NCBI GenBank assembly: GCA_002368415.1
Contig: AP018290.1
Location: 10,893,121-10,925,120 of the forward strand
Direction: 5' to 3'
Length of the DNA stretch: 32,000 bases
From: Calothrix sp. NIES-4105
GTDB lineage: Bacteria > Cyanobacteriota > Cyanobacteriia > Cyanobacteriales > Nostocaceae
The translations under genes and the position numbers were made by a program. This document shows positions 8,947-18,603 of this stretch, in pieces; the stretch's first letter is position 1; every line of letters starts with the position of its first letter. Below the pieces are notes generated by a model. It worked only from the letters and a program-made list of their open reading frames with translations, was not told the origin of the DNA and did no database searches.

Positions 8947-9915
8947 GTGTATATGAATGAATTAAGTAGCTACAAAAATAGAATTTTCTCAAACTTATAC
9001 AATAGTCTTTATGAGAATTACAAAGGTTTAACCAAAAATCCTAAATGGCTATTAATGCGTAAAATATCTCGATTTCAACTTGGTCGAGTCATTATGCATT
9101 TTTTTACGCAAAAAAGTAAATTATCTCAATTAACCATAAGTGAAGATAATTCATATTTTACAAACCTTAATGTTTCTAACGTTGTCAACGAATTGAAAAG
9201 CAAGGGAGTTGTTTTAAACATCACTCTACCTGAACATTTAGTTCAAGAAATCTTACAATTTGCTGAATCTACAGTTTGTTACGCAAACCGAAAATCAGAA
9301 TTAGGCTTTTATTATCATCAAAAGGAACAAGCGCAAGCTCAGTCTAAAAAACAGTTTATAGTAGGTAGCTATTTTAACACAGCTTCGGATTGTCCTGCTA
9401 TTAATAAAATGCAAAGCGACCCTATATTATTAGAGATAGCTACTCAATATTTAGAGCGAGAACCAGTACATCAAGGTTCGTTACTTTGGTGGAGTTTTCC
9501 TGGAGAAAGAACTTACCAACAACTTAGTTCTAATGGTCAACTTTTTCACTATGACTTAGATGATTATCGTTTTCTTAAATTCTTTTTTTATTTAACTGAT
9601 GTAGATGAACAAAGTGGACCTCATATCTGTGTTCGTGGCAGTCACAAGCAAAAAAAGCTTTCACATCTGATACTGCGGAAACGGGAAACAGATGAAGATA
9701 TCATCAAATATTATGGTTTAGAATCTTTAGTTACTATTTGCGGTAAAGCTGGTTTCGGATTTGTGGAAGATGGATTTTGTTTTCATAAAGGAGTTCCTCC
9801 TATCAATAAAAATCGTTTAATCTTACAACTAGAATTTGCCACAACTGACTATGGAATGCAGCATGATATTAGAGAGACTTCAGTATTAAAATGCATTCAG
9901 ACAAAATTAATGTAG
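8947..9915 (+). CDS. Phytanoyl-CoA dioxygenase-like Fe(II)/2-oxoglutarate-dependent oxygenase
   Basis: 322 aa. HYDLDD (HxD), FFFYLTDVDEQSGPHICVRGSHK, distal FHKGVPPINKNRLILQLEF. Confidence 0.75.
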   Translation: MYMNELSSYKNRIFSNLYNSLYENYKGLTKNPKWLLMRKISRFQLGRVIMHFFTQKSKLSQLTISEDNSYFTNLNVSNVVNELKSKGVVLNITLPEHLVQEILQFAESTVCYANRKSELGFYYHQKEQAQAQSKKQFIVGSYFNTASDCPAINKMQSDPILLEIATQYLEREPVHQGSLLWWSFPGERTYQQLSSNGQLFHYDLDDYRFLKFFFYLTDVDEQSGPHICVRGSHKQKKLSHLILRKRETDEDIIKYYGLESLVTICGKAGFGFVEDGFCFHKGVPPINKNRLILQLEFATTDYGMQHDIRETSVLKCIQTKLM

Positions 9916-9939
9916 AGACGTTACATGTAACGTCTCCAC
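9912..9939. repeat. Palindromic repeat / possible terminator hairpin, perfect 22 bp palindrome GAGACGTTACATGTAACGTCTC at 9915-9936
   Basis: Self reverse-complementary; overlaps the stop codon of the preceding gene. Confidence 0.75.
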
Positions 9940-9970
9940 CGACACGGGCAATTAATTAGATATGATATGA

Positions 9971-10750
9971 CTATTTAATTTCCACAGTTAATTTATAGCT
10001 AGCATTACCGCGCGTTCCTCCAACTACAATTTTATAATCTCCATTTGCTGGGAGTTTTCCGCTCCAAGTTGTTACTCCTTCCTTGATAGTTTTACCATCA
10101 GGTGCGATGACATCGAATGCAGCATTTTTTTCCAAAGAAGTAATTTTCAAATTCATTCGCTGTCCTCGCTTGGCGCCAACTAAGTAGGTGTCGCGCTCAC
10201 CTCTAATTACAGATTGCTCTATTGTCTTCGAGTTAGTACCATTAGCAAACTTGATTCGTACAGCCTTTCTTGTTGGTGCTGTTTCTTCGCTAGAAGCTCC
10301 ACATTTGGCTCTAGTAAAAGATTCTCTACCTGTATTTAAACTAGATTCGGTAATTGTCCAGGTTGCTTGAGTATTTTGAGTATCGTTTTCAATCTTAGTG
10401 ACAATTCTTAGTTTAGCTTTATCACCAGCTAATTCTCCTGTCAGCGTTTGTTGGTAGGAAGTATAATAACTTTCAGCAGGATTCTGAATAGTTGCTTGCA
10501 CAGTACCATTAACTTTATTGGTAGCACTAATATTCACTGTGGCACTTGCATCAAGCGTTTTTGTTTTAGCGGAATAGCAATATGTACCAGGCGCCAATTT
10601 TTTACCAGCTTTATTTTTATAAGTTGTAGATATAGCAGTTGCTGTATTGGGTTGAGTGGATGCGCTTGCAGAATTGGAATTTAGGGTTAAACTCGTCGAG
10701 CATAAAAGAGTAATAACAGCAGCACTACGTAAAAACAGTTTATTTATCAT
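9971..10750 (-). CDS. Secreted hypothetical protein with C-terminal PPC-like domain
   Basis: 259 aa. N-terminal signal peptide LFLRSAAVITLLCSTSLTLNSNSASA; C-terminal GERDTYLVGAKRGQRMNLKITSLEKNAAFDVIAPDG...GDYKIVVGGTRGNASYKLTVEI. Confidence 0.6.
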   Translation of the reverse strand: MINKLFLRSAAVITLLCSTSLTLNSNSASASTQPNTATAISTTYKNKAGKKLAPGTYCYSAKTKTLDASATVNISATNKVNGTVQATIQNPAESYYTSYQQTLTGELAGDKAKLRIVTKIENDTQNTQATWTITESSLNTGRESFTRAKCGASSEETAPTRKAVRIKFANGTNSKTIEQSVIRGERDTYLVGAKRGQRMNLKITSLEKNAAFDVIAPDGKTIKEGVTTWSGKLPANGDYKIVVGGTRGNASYKLTVEIK

Positions 10751-10881
10751 GATTTTTAGGATTTGCGCTTTGATATCGTCGTAAATAGTAAAACAAGCTG
10801 ATTATCGCTGATTACGGAAAAAATCCAGGTAAAGCGTAATACATTTTTTATATTCATCACTAAGTGGCTTAAAGATAGATA

Positions 10882-11667
10882 TTACTTCTTCTGCTTCTTT
10901 TTCTTTTTGAACAACTGCTTAAATTTAAGAGAAAGAGGGTTAAAATCAAAGACTTTGCCAGTACTAAACAACTGAAAACCGAATGATATAGCCGCAAACG
11001 ATGCAAGAACAGAGAAAAGAGACACTGAACCAATGATCTTACCATTGGCGATAAATATAGCAATACCTAACCCTATTAAAATCCATCCCAACCTACGTTT
11101 ATCTTTTCCACCGTAATTTAATAGAATTACTCCGACGATACACAGTATAGTACCAGGCGCGCTACGTAAGTAGATACCAACATATATTTTCGTACTCAGA
11201 AATATAATCCCGCCAATAATCAGCCCTAAGCCAAGTAATTTACTAGCAATTGTAATTTCTGATTCAAAGTCTGTATCATCCGAATCTTCTTCATCTTCAT
11301 TCGTGACAATTTTTGTTGGCGCGCTGCCACCTTGTTGCCGAAAGATGAAACTTACCTTATCACCTTGTCCTAATGAAATCTTGTCACCAAATTTTATTGG
11401 TTGAAAAACTTTAGGTTGCAGTTTAACGCCATTTACATAAGTACCGTTAGAACTACCTAAATCAGTAATTTGATACTCTGAGCCATTAACCCAAATTTGT
11501 GCATGGACACGCGATACAATATCAGCATCTGGAAAACCAGACACATCAATATCCGGCTGCTTTCCATCATCGCCAGGTTTGCCAATCAAAATTACAGAAA
11601 GATTTGCAGGCAACACCAACCTTTCATTCGTTTGGAGATGATAAAGTTCTAAAGATACACTCTGCAT
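10882..11667 (-). CDS. FHA domain protein with C-terminal transmembrane helices
   Basis: PDADIVSRVHAQIWVNGSEYQITDLGSSNGTYVNGVKL followed by hydrophobic segments. Confidence 0.9.
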   Translation of the reverse strand: MQSVSLELYHLQTNERLVLPANLSVILIGKPGDDGKQPDIDVSGFPDADIVSRVHAQIWVNGSEYQITDLGSSNGTYVNGVKLQPKVFQPIKFGDKISLGQGDKVSFIFRQQGGSAPTKIVTNEDEEDSDDTDFESEITIASKLLGLGLIIGGIIFLSTKIYVGIYLRSAPGTILCIVGVILLNYGGKDKRRLGWILIGLGIAIFIANGKIIGSVSLFSVLASFAAISFGFQLFSTGKVFDFNPLSLKFKQLFKKKKKQKK

Positions 11668-11956
11668 AGTTATGAAGACTCTTTTTTACAAGTGTCTCCA
11701 CATATACAGAATTTGAGAAGCGAGAAAACCCCTAAATACGTAACTAAATATTGCAAATCATACTATGTATAAAAAGTGGCATTAGCTTTGATGGTGTTGC
11801 TGGTGCAGAAGGACGGTTTGATGAAGTGCGACAATTCCAAATTTTTCCTTATCTCTTCTGCGTGTCTTTGCGGTAATTTGTTGTGTAGAACAAGATGTCA
11901 AACGCGCGGAAGCATTAATTCAACTCGCTCAACTTGGCTCATATGATTTGAAAATG

Positions 11957-12535
11957 TTATTCTTGTAGTTCAAACTCAACATTATCGTAAATATCTGCTA
12001 GAGTAATTTCAAATTTGACAGAATTTAACGAAATCGTCGCATTCTCATCGTCATATTCGGAAAATATCCATTTATTATTATCAGTTTTGGAATATTGCTC
12101 AACGTGTATTGTATACTGGTCAATCAAAAGATACTCTTGAAAGCTTTCGATTGTCCGATAAGCACTAAATTTTTCATCTTTATCGTTACTTTTTGTAGAT
12201 TTTGATAATACTTCAGCAATGATTAGTGGATTAATAATAGTATCTCTACGTCCTTCTTGAAGCTCTAAAGGCTTTTTAACTACCATCACATCAGGATAAG
12301 TATGAATTCGCTTTTTAGGAATCCATAATCTTTGGTCTGTCATAAAAACCCGATGATGACGCTTCAAAGTAGAGTTGAGCGCACCGCTTAGGTTGAGAGC
12401 AATCTGGTTGTGATTTGGTGTTCCGCCTGTCATAGAAATTATTGTACCATCAATGTACTCATGACGCTCTTGAGAATTAACTTCGAGTTCCAGGTATTCT
12501 TCGGCTGAATAGTGCCTTTGTTCTTGCGAAATCAT
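11957..12535 (-). CDS. Uma2 family (DUF820) endonuclease-fold protein
   Basis: YSAEEYLELEVNSQERHEYIDGTIISMTGGTPNHNQIALNLSGAL...YPDVMVV...PLIIAEVLSKST. Confidence 0.9.
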   Translation of the reverse strand: MISQEQRHYSAEEYLELEVNSQERHEYIDGTIISMTGGTPNHNQIALNLSGALNSTLKRHHRVFMTDQRLWIPKKRIHTYPDVMVVKKPLELQEGRRDTIINPLIIAEVLSKSTKSNDKDEKFSAYRTIESFQEYLLIDQYTIHVEQYSKTDNNKWIFSEYDDENATISLNSVKFEITLADIYDNVEFELQE

Positions 12536-12745
12536 AAAATTCTAGTCCTAACGGTTAGAAATGATTCTTTTATACTATACACATTAATATATAAGTAAAA
12601 TCGTATCTAATAACTATGGTTAAATAGGTTGCCAAACAATTAAGTTAAGTTAATTCTTTATTAGGTGGTCATGATTTTCATCTATGACCATCCTAAATAA
12701 AAAATATCCAAAATGTTCTTGTGGGATAGGCATCAAAAACCCGTC

Positions 12746-13741
12746 CTACACCCTATAACCGCTTTCAATAGAGACAGCTTGGTCTGTTGATTTTGGTAGT
12801 GAATTAGCTCGTACCGCGCGGAACATCCCAAAGCGGCAAAGGCCAGTGCCGAATGCTAACCGCATTAGTAGTAAAGTAGGTACTTCGCGTAAAGATTTAA
12901 TAAAACCAGATATCCCAAAACGTACCAGTCCAGATGGTCGAGCTACTCCTTGCCAGATCGAATCTATCCATGAAGGAAGTGTTTGTTGCGTCCAATCTGC
13001 CGTTATTACGTTTCCCTCAACTAGTCCCGTTGCCTCTAAAAGTTCAGAAAAGCCTTCAATGCTGGAAAAAGCCGGATGAGACCATTGATCTAATAGTTGC
13101 TGCATTACTGGTTTTTCCCAAAAATTCAAAGGCGCCTGTCGGTCGTCCCTTTGGTTCCAGTCTGCCACAACAAGTATTCCACCAGGTTTTAACACCCTGA
13201 TTAATTCTTTAGCAAAAACGGCTTTATCTGGCATATGTGGTCCAGCTTCAATCGACCAAACTACATCAAAACTAGCATCTGGGAAAGAAAGTGCCATCGC
13301 ATCATCCACTAAAAATTGCACATTCAGTTCATCAGAAGTTAACTGCTGCGCGCGTTGGACTTGTTGCGGACTGATTGTAACACCCGTAACTGCAAATCCA
13401 TAATCCCGTGCTAATATGCGACTGCTACCACCAATTCCACAGCCTACATCCAAAAGCGTGGCGCCGTATGGTAATTTATCTAAACCACCCCAACGTACCA
13501 TTTCATCTACAAAATCAGATTTAGCAACCAGAAAATCCTTCCGTTGCGGTGGTGAACCATAATGACCCAAGTGGATATGTTCACCCCAGTAAAACTCTAA
13601 AATACCGTCTTGAGTCCATTCATCATAGGAATTAGCTACAGAGTTAGATGATTGATAACGCCGAGCAGTGATTAAATATAATGCAATCAAGAACGTCAGT
13701 ACTGCAACAACTAGTCCCAGCGCAGAAAGATACAGACTCAT
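12746..13741 (-). CDS. SAM-dependent methyltransferase, gamma-tocopherol/MPBQ methyltransferase-like, N-terminal membrane anchor
   Basis: LLDVGCGIGGSSRILARDYG motif, FYWGEHIHLGHYG, N-terminal hydrophobic segment. Confidence 0.75.
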   Translation of the reverse strand: MSLYLSALGLVVAVLTFLIALYLITARRYQSSNSVANSYDEWTQDGILEFYWGEHIHLGHYGSPPQRKDFLVAKSDFVDEMVRWGGLDKLPYGATLLDVGCGIGGSSRILARDYGFAVTGVTISPQQVQRAQQLTSDELNVQFLVDDAMALSFPDASFDVVWSIEAGPHMPDKAVFAKELIRVLKPGGILVVADWNQRDDRQAPLNFWEKPVMQQLLDQWSHPAFSSIEGFSELLEATGLVEGNVITADWTQQTLPSWIDSIWQGVARPSGLVRFGISGFIKSLREVPTLLLMRLAFGTGLCRFGMFRAVRANSLPKSTDQAVSIESGYRV

Positions 13742-13949
13742 TCTAATAAACCTTAATATTTCTTTACAATTTTATCCTATAAGCAGGCTAAAAGTATCTG
13801 TAAACCTCTGTTTGTTGAGTGTAAGTAGTTTGCTAGATTGTGGTTATTCCCTTCCTGGTGAAATACAAGTAATAAGAAATGGTAAGTTTTGTTTGCTGTG
13901 CTACTAACCTGATACTCTAAATTAGAAGTTATGTATTACAAGATGTAAG

Positions 13950-14123
13950 ATGCCAACTGCTGAACAAGGTATTAGATGTGTTATACTAAGCCAAACTTTA
14001 ACTAATACTCTTACGCCTATCTTTATTGTCCGGCTTGATGAACGTACAGGTAACTTGTTTATGCTGGCAGGCGATACTATAGAAATAGAGATTTATCGTA
14101 ATGGTTTGTGGAGGTTCTTGTAA
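13950..14123 (+). CDS. Small DUF6888-like protein, absent from the supplied ORF track
   Basis: 57 aa ORF MPTAEQGIRCVILSQTLTNTLTPIFIVRLDERTGNLFMLAGDTIEIEIYRNGLWRFL; its TAA (14121-14123) overlaps the ATG of the next gene. Confidence 0.7.
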   Translation: MPTAEQGIRCVILSQTLTNTLTPIFIVRLDERTGNLFMLAGDTIEIEIYRNGLWRFL

Positions 14124-14332
14124 TGAAACCTGAATTTAGTGCTATGACCAAAGCGGAGCTAAGAAGTTACGTCATTGCTCACCCCAACGATAACGAAGCA
14201 TTTTACATTTTTGTAGACCGCTTTACATCTGAAGCATCCCCAGAAACCTTTGATATCCCAAATTCTAGTGATGAGATTGAGAAAGTGGAAATTTTAATTA
14301 GGCAGAAACTGGAACAGACAAAAACTAGTTAA
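14123..14332 (+). CDS. Small DUF6887-like protein
   Basis: ATG at 14123 gives MKPEFSAMTKAELRSYVIAHPNDNEAFYIFVDRFTSEASPETFDIPNSSDEIEKVEILIRQKLEQTKTS. Confidence 0.75.
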   Translation: MKPEFSAMTKAELRSYVIAHPNDNEAFYIFVDRFTSEASPETFDIPNSSDEIEKVEILIRQKLEQTKTS

Positions 14333-14431
14333 GCTAATGTATGTCTAAGCTATATATTAGGGTAGGGCAATTAAAGGTGCCCATCCCACTCATTGTTTGA
14401 ACACGCACACACTTTAACTTCTATCATTGGG

Positions 14432-14699
14432 TACATCTGTTATATCCGTTGCCCACTTTCACCAACCATAATTCCCCGTCCTGTCAAAGCTACATACACT
14501 AAGTTTGGTGTACGCATATCACCTTCCATATAAGTAATCCCTGGAAACTGTAATATATCCGGGTCACTAATATGAATCCATGATTTGCAATATCTTCAGA
14601 TTTGTATATTGCGTCTTTAGTTGCTTTATTTACATAATTATAGACGTAGATATACGGCTGCTTATTTGATTTACCTTTGCCAAAATTTATAAATTCACA
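14432..14699 (-). pseudogene. Displaced, frameshifted copy of the 3' end of the GH74-like gene
   Basis: About 89% identical to 21921-22189 by eye, same orientation, including the equivalent stop codon (tta at 14440-14442). A 1-nt deletion near 14587 breaks the frame. Confidence 0.9.
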
Positions 14700-14824
14700 T
14701 CTTTTTTGTGGAGTTCCCTAAATGAAATTGTGACATCTCCTACACCAACCGCAAGTTATGTCGTTTACAACGTCTACAACGTAGTTACAGTAAGAGTTTA
14801 TCGTTGTTGTCATTTTCTACAACG

Positions 14825-16153
14825 TTAAGCTCTACCATATTTATCAGATAAGTCAACATCGCTGAAATTTCCTATATCTGTTTCAAATAATACCTTACAC
14901 ATGCCTGTAGCACCATTACGATTTTTAGCTACATTTATCTCCATTACTCCTTTATCTTGTGTGTCTGGATTATAATATTCGTCTCGATAAAGAAGTAACC
15001 CAATATCCATATCTTGTTCTATATCACCCGAGTCTTTAATATCAGCTATTGTTGGGCGTTTATTTGTTTGATTCTCCACACCTCTATTAATTTGGGCTAG
15101 TGCTATAAATGGCACATTAAATTCTTTGGCAATGTCTTTAAATGCACCAGAAAACTTACCAACTGCTTGCGCTCTATTACCTGCCGCTCTATCCCCAAGT
15201 TTTTGAATATAATCCATTACTACTAAACCTAAACTTCCTTTAGAGGACTGAACTCTTCGCAGTACAGAAGACACCCTTGAAGGGTTTTGGATACTAGCTG
15301 GCGTATCATCAATAATAATAAGTAATTGGTTTAAAGCTACTACAGCTTGTTTTAAATTATCCATTTCGTCTCGATATATCTGATTGCTCATCAGCCTACT
15401 AGAATCAATACCCGAATGCATTGCCAAAAATCTTTTAGTTAACTGCGATTTAGACATTTCCGCAGAAAAGAAAACAACAGGTAGTTGTTGATGGATTGCA
15501 ATATGATTAGCAAAATGGCAACCTAACCAGGTTTTACCCATTGATGCCCTAGCAGCGATTACAATTAAATCCTGTTTATTTAATCCTCCTATTAATGCAT
15601 CTAAATCTTTTAATCCAGTAGAAAAGCCTGGAGTATACCCTTGTTGTAATTCATCAAATACTTCTCTTATCGACTCACTTATTAGTTGTGGTTGAAATTT
15701 ATCTTGCTTGTTTGCTGTTAAATTAAAAATTTTATTCTCTGATTGTTCTAGGACTGCTTGAACTCCTTGTGTTGTATCGTAGCCTAATTCCACAATTTCA
15801 TTACCAGCCCTAATTAGCTGCCGACGCAGGTATTTATCCAAAACAAGCTTTGCTAGGTTATCTATATTTATAGCTGATACTATTTCAATTAATTGAGCTA
15901 GCTGATTCTTCCCACCAACTTTAGTTAATAGTTTATGGTCGGATAACCAAGATGTAACTGTTACTAAATCGGTTGGTTTACCCTGATGGTATAATTCTAA
16001 TATTACTTTATAAATTTGTTGGTAAGCAGGAACGTAAAATGCTTCTGGCACTAAAATATCAGCAATTCTACCAATAGCATTTGGGTCTAACAAGCAACCA
16101 CCAAGTATGTCTGATTCTGCTTCAATAATTTGTGGAGGTATTTTATCATTCAT
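14825..16153 (-). CDS. DnaB-type replicative helicase encoded on the island
   Basis: 442 aa. N-terminal PPQIIEAESDILGGCLLDPNAIGRIADIL, Walker A ARASMGKT, Walker B LGLVVMDYIQKL, C-terminal IADIKDSGDIEQDMDIGLLLYRDEYY and AKNRNGATG. Confidence 0.92.
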   Translation of the reverse strand: MNDKIPPQIIEAESDILGGCLLDPNAIGRIADILVPEAFYVPAYQQIYKVILELYHQGKPTDLVTVTSWLSDHKLLTKVGGKNQLAQLIEIVSAINIDNLAKLVLDKYLRRQLIRAGNEIVELGYDTTQGVQAVLEQSENKIFNLTANKQDKFQPQLISESIREVFDELQQGYTPGFSTGLKDLDALIGGLNKQDLIVIAARASMGKTWLGCHFANHIAIHQQLPVVFFSAEMSKSQLTKRFLAMHSGIDSSRLMSNQIYRDEMDNLKQAVVALNQLLIIIDDTPASIQNPSRVSSVLRRVQSSKGSLGLVVMDYIQKLGDRAAGNRAQAVGKFSGAFKDIAKEFNVPFIALAQINRGVENQTNKRPTIADIKDSGDIEQDMDIGLLLYRDEYYNPDTQDKGVMEINVAKNRNGATGMCKVLFETDIGNFSDVDLSDKYGRA

Positions 16154-17018
16154 GGGGTTTATCCATATCTATAAAAATATTACTAATTTCTGCCAGTTCA
16201 GTTATAGACACTAGTGTTCTGTCTGAATCGGCATGAGATAATGTTTTTGTTACTGGCTGTGCTTCAATATTTTTTGAAGTAGATTTTTGCGATGAAGGAG
16301 AAGGCTCCCATTTCTCTCTGATTGCTTGAACAACTAAACCACCTATGTTGTTAACATCGTTCTGTTGGATATACTGCTCAACTGCTAAAAGTGACCTAAT
16401 TACCTCTTGCTCATCCAAAGATGTAATAAGTTTAGTAAGAGTAGAATTAAGTTTAATTTCTAAGCTCTCTAGTTTTTGGTGGATTGATTCAGGTATTTCC
16501 TTCCCTTTACGAGAGACTTTTGTAATTGGTATTACCCTTTGAGGTATTTTAGATTCAAGATTAGCTAATTCCTGTTTTAATTCTTGAACCTCATGTGTTA
16601 GTTTTTCATTTTCTAACTTTAAACGTTCAGTTAAATCATTTGCTCCTTGCATCTGATAAAGCTTACCAGTAAGCGATTCGTTAATTTTTCGTAACTCATC
16701 AATTTCTACTCTCAAACGCTTATTTTCTTCCCTCAATGTTGAAATAATTACAGTTTTAGAGTTATCCGATGCTGGCGGAACTTCCTTAAGTTTAGGCTTT
16801 TGTTTCTGCTGGTCACGTAAAGTTTCAATTCTATTTCTCAAATCTTCCTGCTTGTACAAGTAAGCAGTCGATACATTAGCAGCAGTAGCAACAGATTTAA
16901 AGCTAATTATTTGACCCTGTTTTATCATCCTCTCAAGTGCTTTCTCCACTCGTTCTGCTGTTATGAGCGCTTTCTGTGCTGCCGCCTCTTGTAAAGCTTC
17001 TATCTTCTTATTAGTCAT
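16146..17018 (-). CDS. Coiled-coil protein, DUF6262 / Tn554 TnpC-like
   Basis: 290 aa with AEIRV-type N-terminal region ALERMIKQGQIISFKSVATAANVSTAYLYKQEDLRNRIETLRDQQ (HTH-like) followed by a long coiled coil; overlaps both neighbours. Confidence 0.75.
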   Translation of the reverse strand: MTNKKIEALQEAAAQKALITAERVEKALERMIKQGQIISFKSVATAANVSTAYLYKQEDLRNRIETLRDQQKQKPKLKEVPPASDNSKTVIISTLREENKRLRVEIDELRKINESLTGKLYQMQGANDLTERLKLENEKLTHEVQELKQELANLESKIPQRVIPITKVSRKGKEIPESIHQKLESLEIKLNSTLTKLITSLDEQEVIRSLLAVEQYIQQNDVNNIGGLVVQAIREKWEPSPSSQKSTSKNIEAQPVTKTLSHADSDRTLVSITELAEISNIFIDMDKPHE

Positions 17019-18603
17019 TATCTGCCTCCAAGGTTTTAATTACTTTCTCTAAGTTGTCTTTGATAGGCGTATTTTTATGAACTTGTAGCTGCCAACCACA
17101 ATTCTGGGCTTTTTCTAAAACGTTGTTAGTGCGCTCTAAAGTATCTTTTAGAATGGGCAGGAAGTTTTTGTTTGTTCTCCAGTGTGGGCAGTTGTAGCAG
17201 CCATCAAAACCAGGAATATCACAATCTCCTAATACCTTGGGTCTAGCACAATAACCATGCTCCAATGCTCTGGCTTGCACATTTTTTTTGAACCACTCTA
17301 AATCATCATTACTAGAGAGTATCGTTTCGTCTAATTCAGTAGTTTCACCTTGGAAATTAACTACTTTTGATTCGTGATACTTTTCAACTTCTTTTCTGAG
17401 CGTTTCATCATGAATGTGAGCATATACCATTGTCATCGTTGGCGATTCATGACCTAAATAGCGCTGAACAATATGTTGTGGAACACCATTATTTATCATG
17501 CGAGTTCCAACTGTATGTCGAAATTGATGAGTCTGAAAATTCCAAGTTTTGCCTGTGCTTTCGCAAATGTTAAATTGCTCTGCTAAACGTTTTAAATGAT
17601 TAGCAAATGATTGGTCTGACATAACTCTAGGTACAGGAACAAATTTTGAAGATGCTTTTCTTCCACAAAAAAGGTACTTATAATCTTTACCAAAATTCTG
17701 TTGAATATAAACCTGCTGCTCTTTAATAACTTGAGCAAGTTCTATAGATATAGGTAGGGTTGTTTCAAAATTCATCTTCCAACGCATAAATTGAATAAAC
17801 CACCCACCCTTATTATCTTGTTTGAGGCAATCTAACCCTAGTTGACATAGCTCACCTATCCTCAAACCACATTCTTGAATAACTAATACCATTCGCATTA
17901 TTGGCTCTGGTAATACATCTAAGTGTTGATTTAGTTGTCCAATAACCTCTTCTGGAATATAACGAGGTAAAGCCTTATCGCGTTTTGGATAATCTTCTTT
18001 GCGTACCAAATAAGGTTCAACTGTAAACCATTTATTAGCGGAACCGACTTCAAACAAGGATACTAAAGCAGAAATACACTTACCTTTAGTTATTTGAGCC
18101 AATGATTCTTTGTTGAGGTAAAACAAATAATTAATGATTACTTCCCTAGTAATATTTTCTATTTTGTTTATCTCAGGCTGATTCAACAAGAATTTTGAAA
18201 AATAACGAAATCGATACAAAAAAGATTGTAAGCTTTGAAAACTGCTTGTCTGACTAGCTTTGTACTTAATAAATTTTTTAATGTATACCTTTAACCACTC
18301 TTGATAAATATTCCGATTAAAGTTAAGTTTATCTCCATCATTACTGTGAAGCTTAACCTGTAAACCTAAATCAGCAGCAGTCCATACATCATCGCTTTTC
18401 ACTAGTTTTTTGCGATTAGCGAAAGGAACAAACTGAGCGTCGCAATTTTTACACCGATATCTTTGTTTTCCTGATTTTTTAAACCCTGCTTTTATATAAT
18501 TATCACTTCCACATTTTGAGCAAACAATTTGTGCTGGTAAAACAACCTGAAGTTCTGTTTTTACTTGAAGTTTCTGCTCTAATTTATTGTTCATTTTCAC
18601 CAT
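17011..18603 (-). CDS. Site-specific tyrosine recombinase with N-terminal zinc ribbon and C-terminal Cys-rich region (Tn554 TnpB-like)
   Basis: 530 aa. CSKCG...CKNC at N-term; GLRIGEL (Arg), HQFRHTVGTRM (HxxR), YLGHESPTMTMVYAHI (H...Y); C-terminal CARPKVLGDCDIPGFDGCYNCPHW. Confidence 0.9.
   Translation of the reverse strand: MVKMNNKLEQKLQVKTELQVVLPAQIVCSKCGSDNYIKAGFKKSGKQRYRCKNCDAQFVPFANRKKLVKSDDVWTAADLGLQVKLHSNDGDKLNFNRNIYQEWLKVYIKKFIKYKASQTSSFQSLQSFLYRFRYFSKFLLNQPEINKIENITREVIINYLFYLNKESLAQITKGKCISALVSLFEVGSANKWFTVEPYLVRKEDYPKRDKALPRYIPEEVIGQLNQHLDVLPEPIMRMVLVIQECGLRIGELCQLGLDCLKQDNKGGWFIQFMRWKMNFETTLPISIELAQVIKEQQVYIQQNFGKDYKYLFCGRKASSKFVPVPRVMSDQSFANHLKRLAEQFNICESTGKTWNFQTHQFRHTVGTRMINNGVPQHIVQRYLGHESPTMTMVYAHIHDETLRKEVEKYHESKVVNFQGETTELDETILSSNDDLEWFKKNVQARALEHGYCARPKVLGDCDIPGFDGCYNCPHWRTNKNFLPILKDTLERTNNVLEKAQNCGWQLQVHKNTPIKDNLEKVIKTLEADND

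Noticed and set aside
12661-12696. Hairpin TTAGGTGGTCAT...ATGACCATCCTAA as a transposon end
   Set aside because: It lies just past the methyltransferase stop codon with no matching partner; a transcription terminator is simpler.
14707-14722. TGGAGTTCCCTAAATG near the island's left edge as a MITE terminal-repeat remnant
   Set aside because: It only loosely resembles the MITE end (AGGGACTTCCAA) and has no partner repeat nearby.
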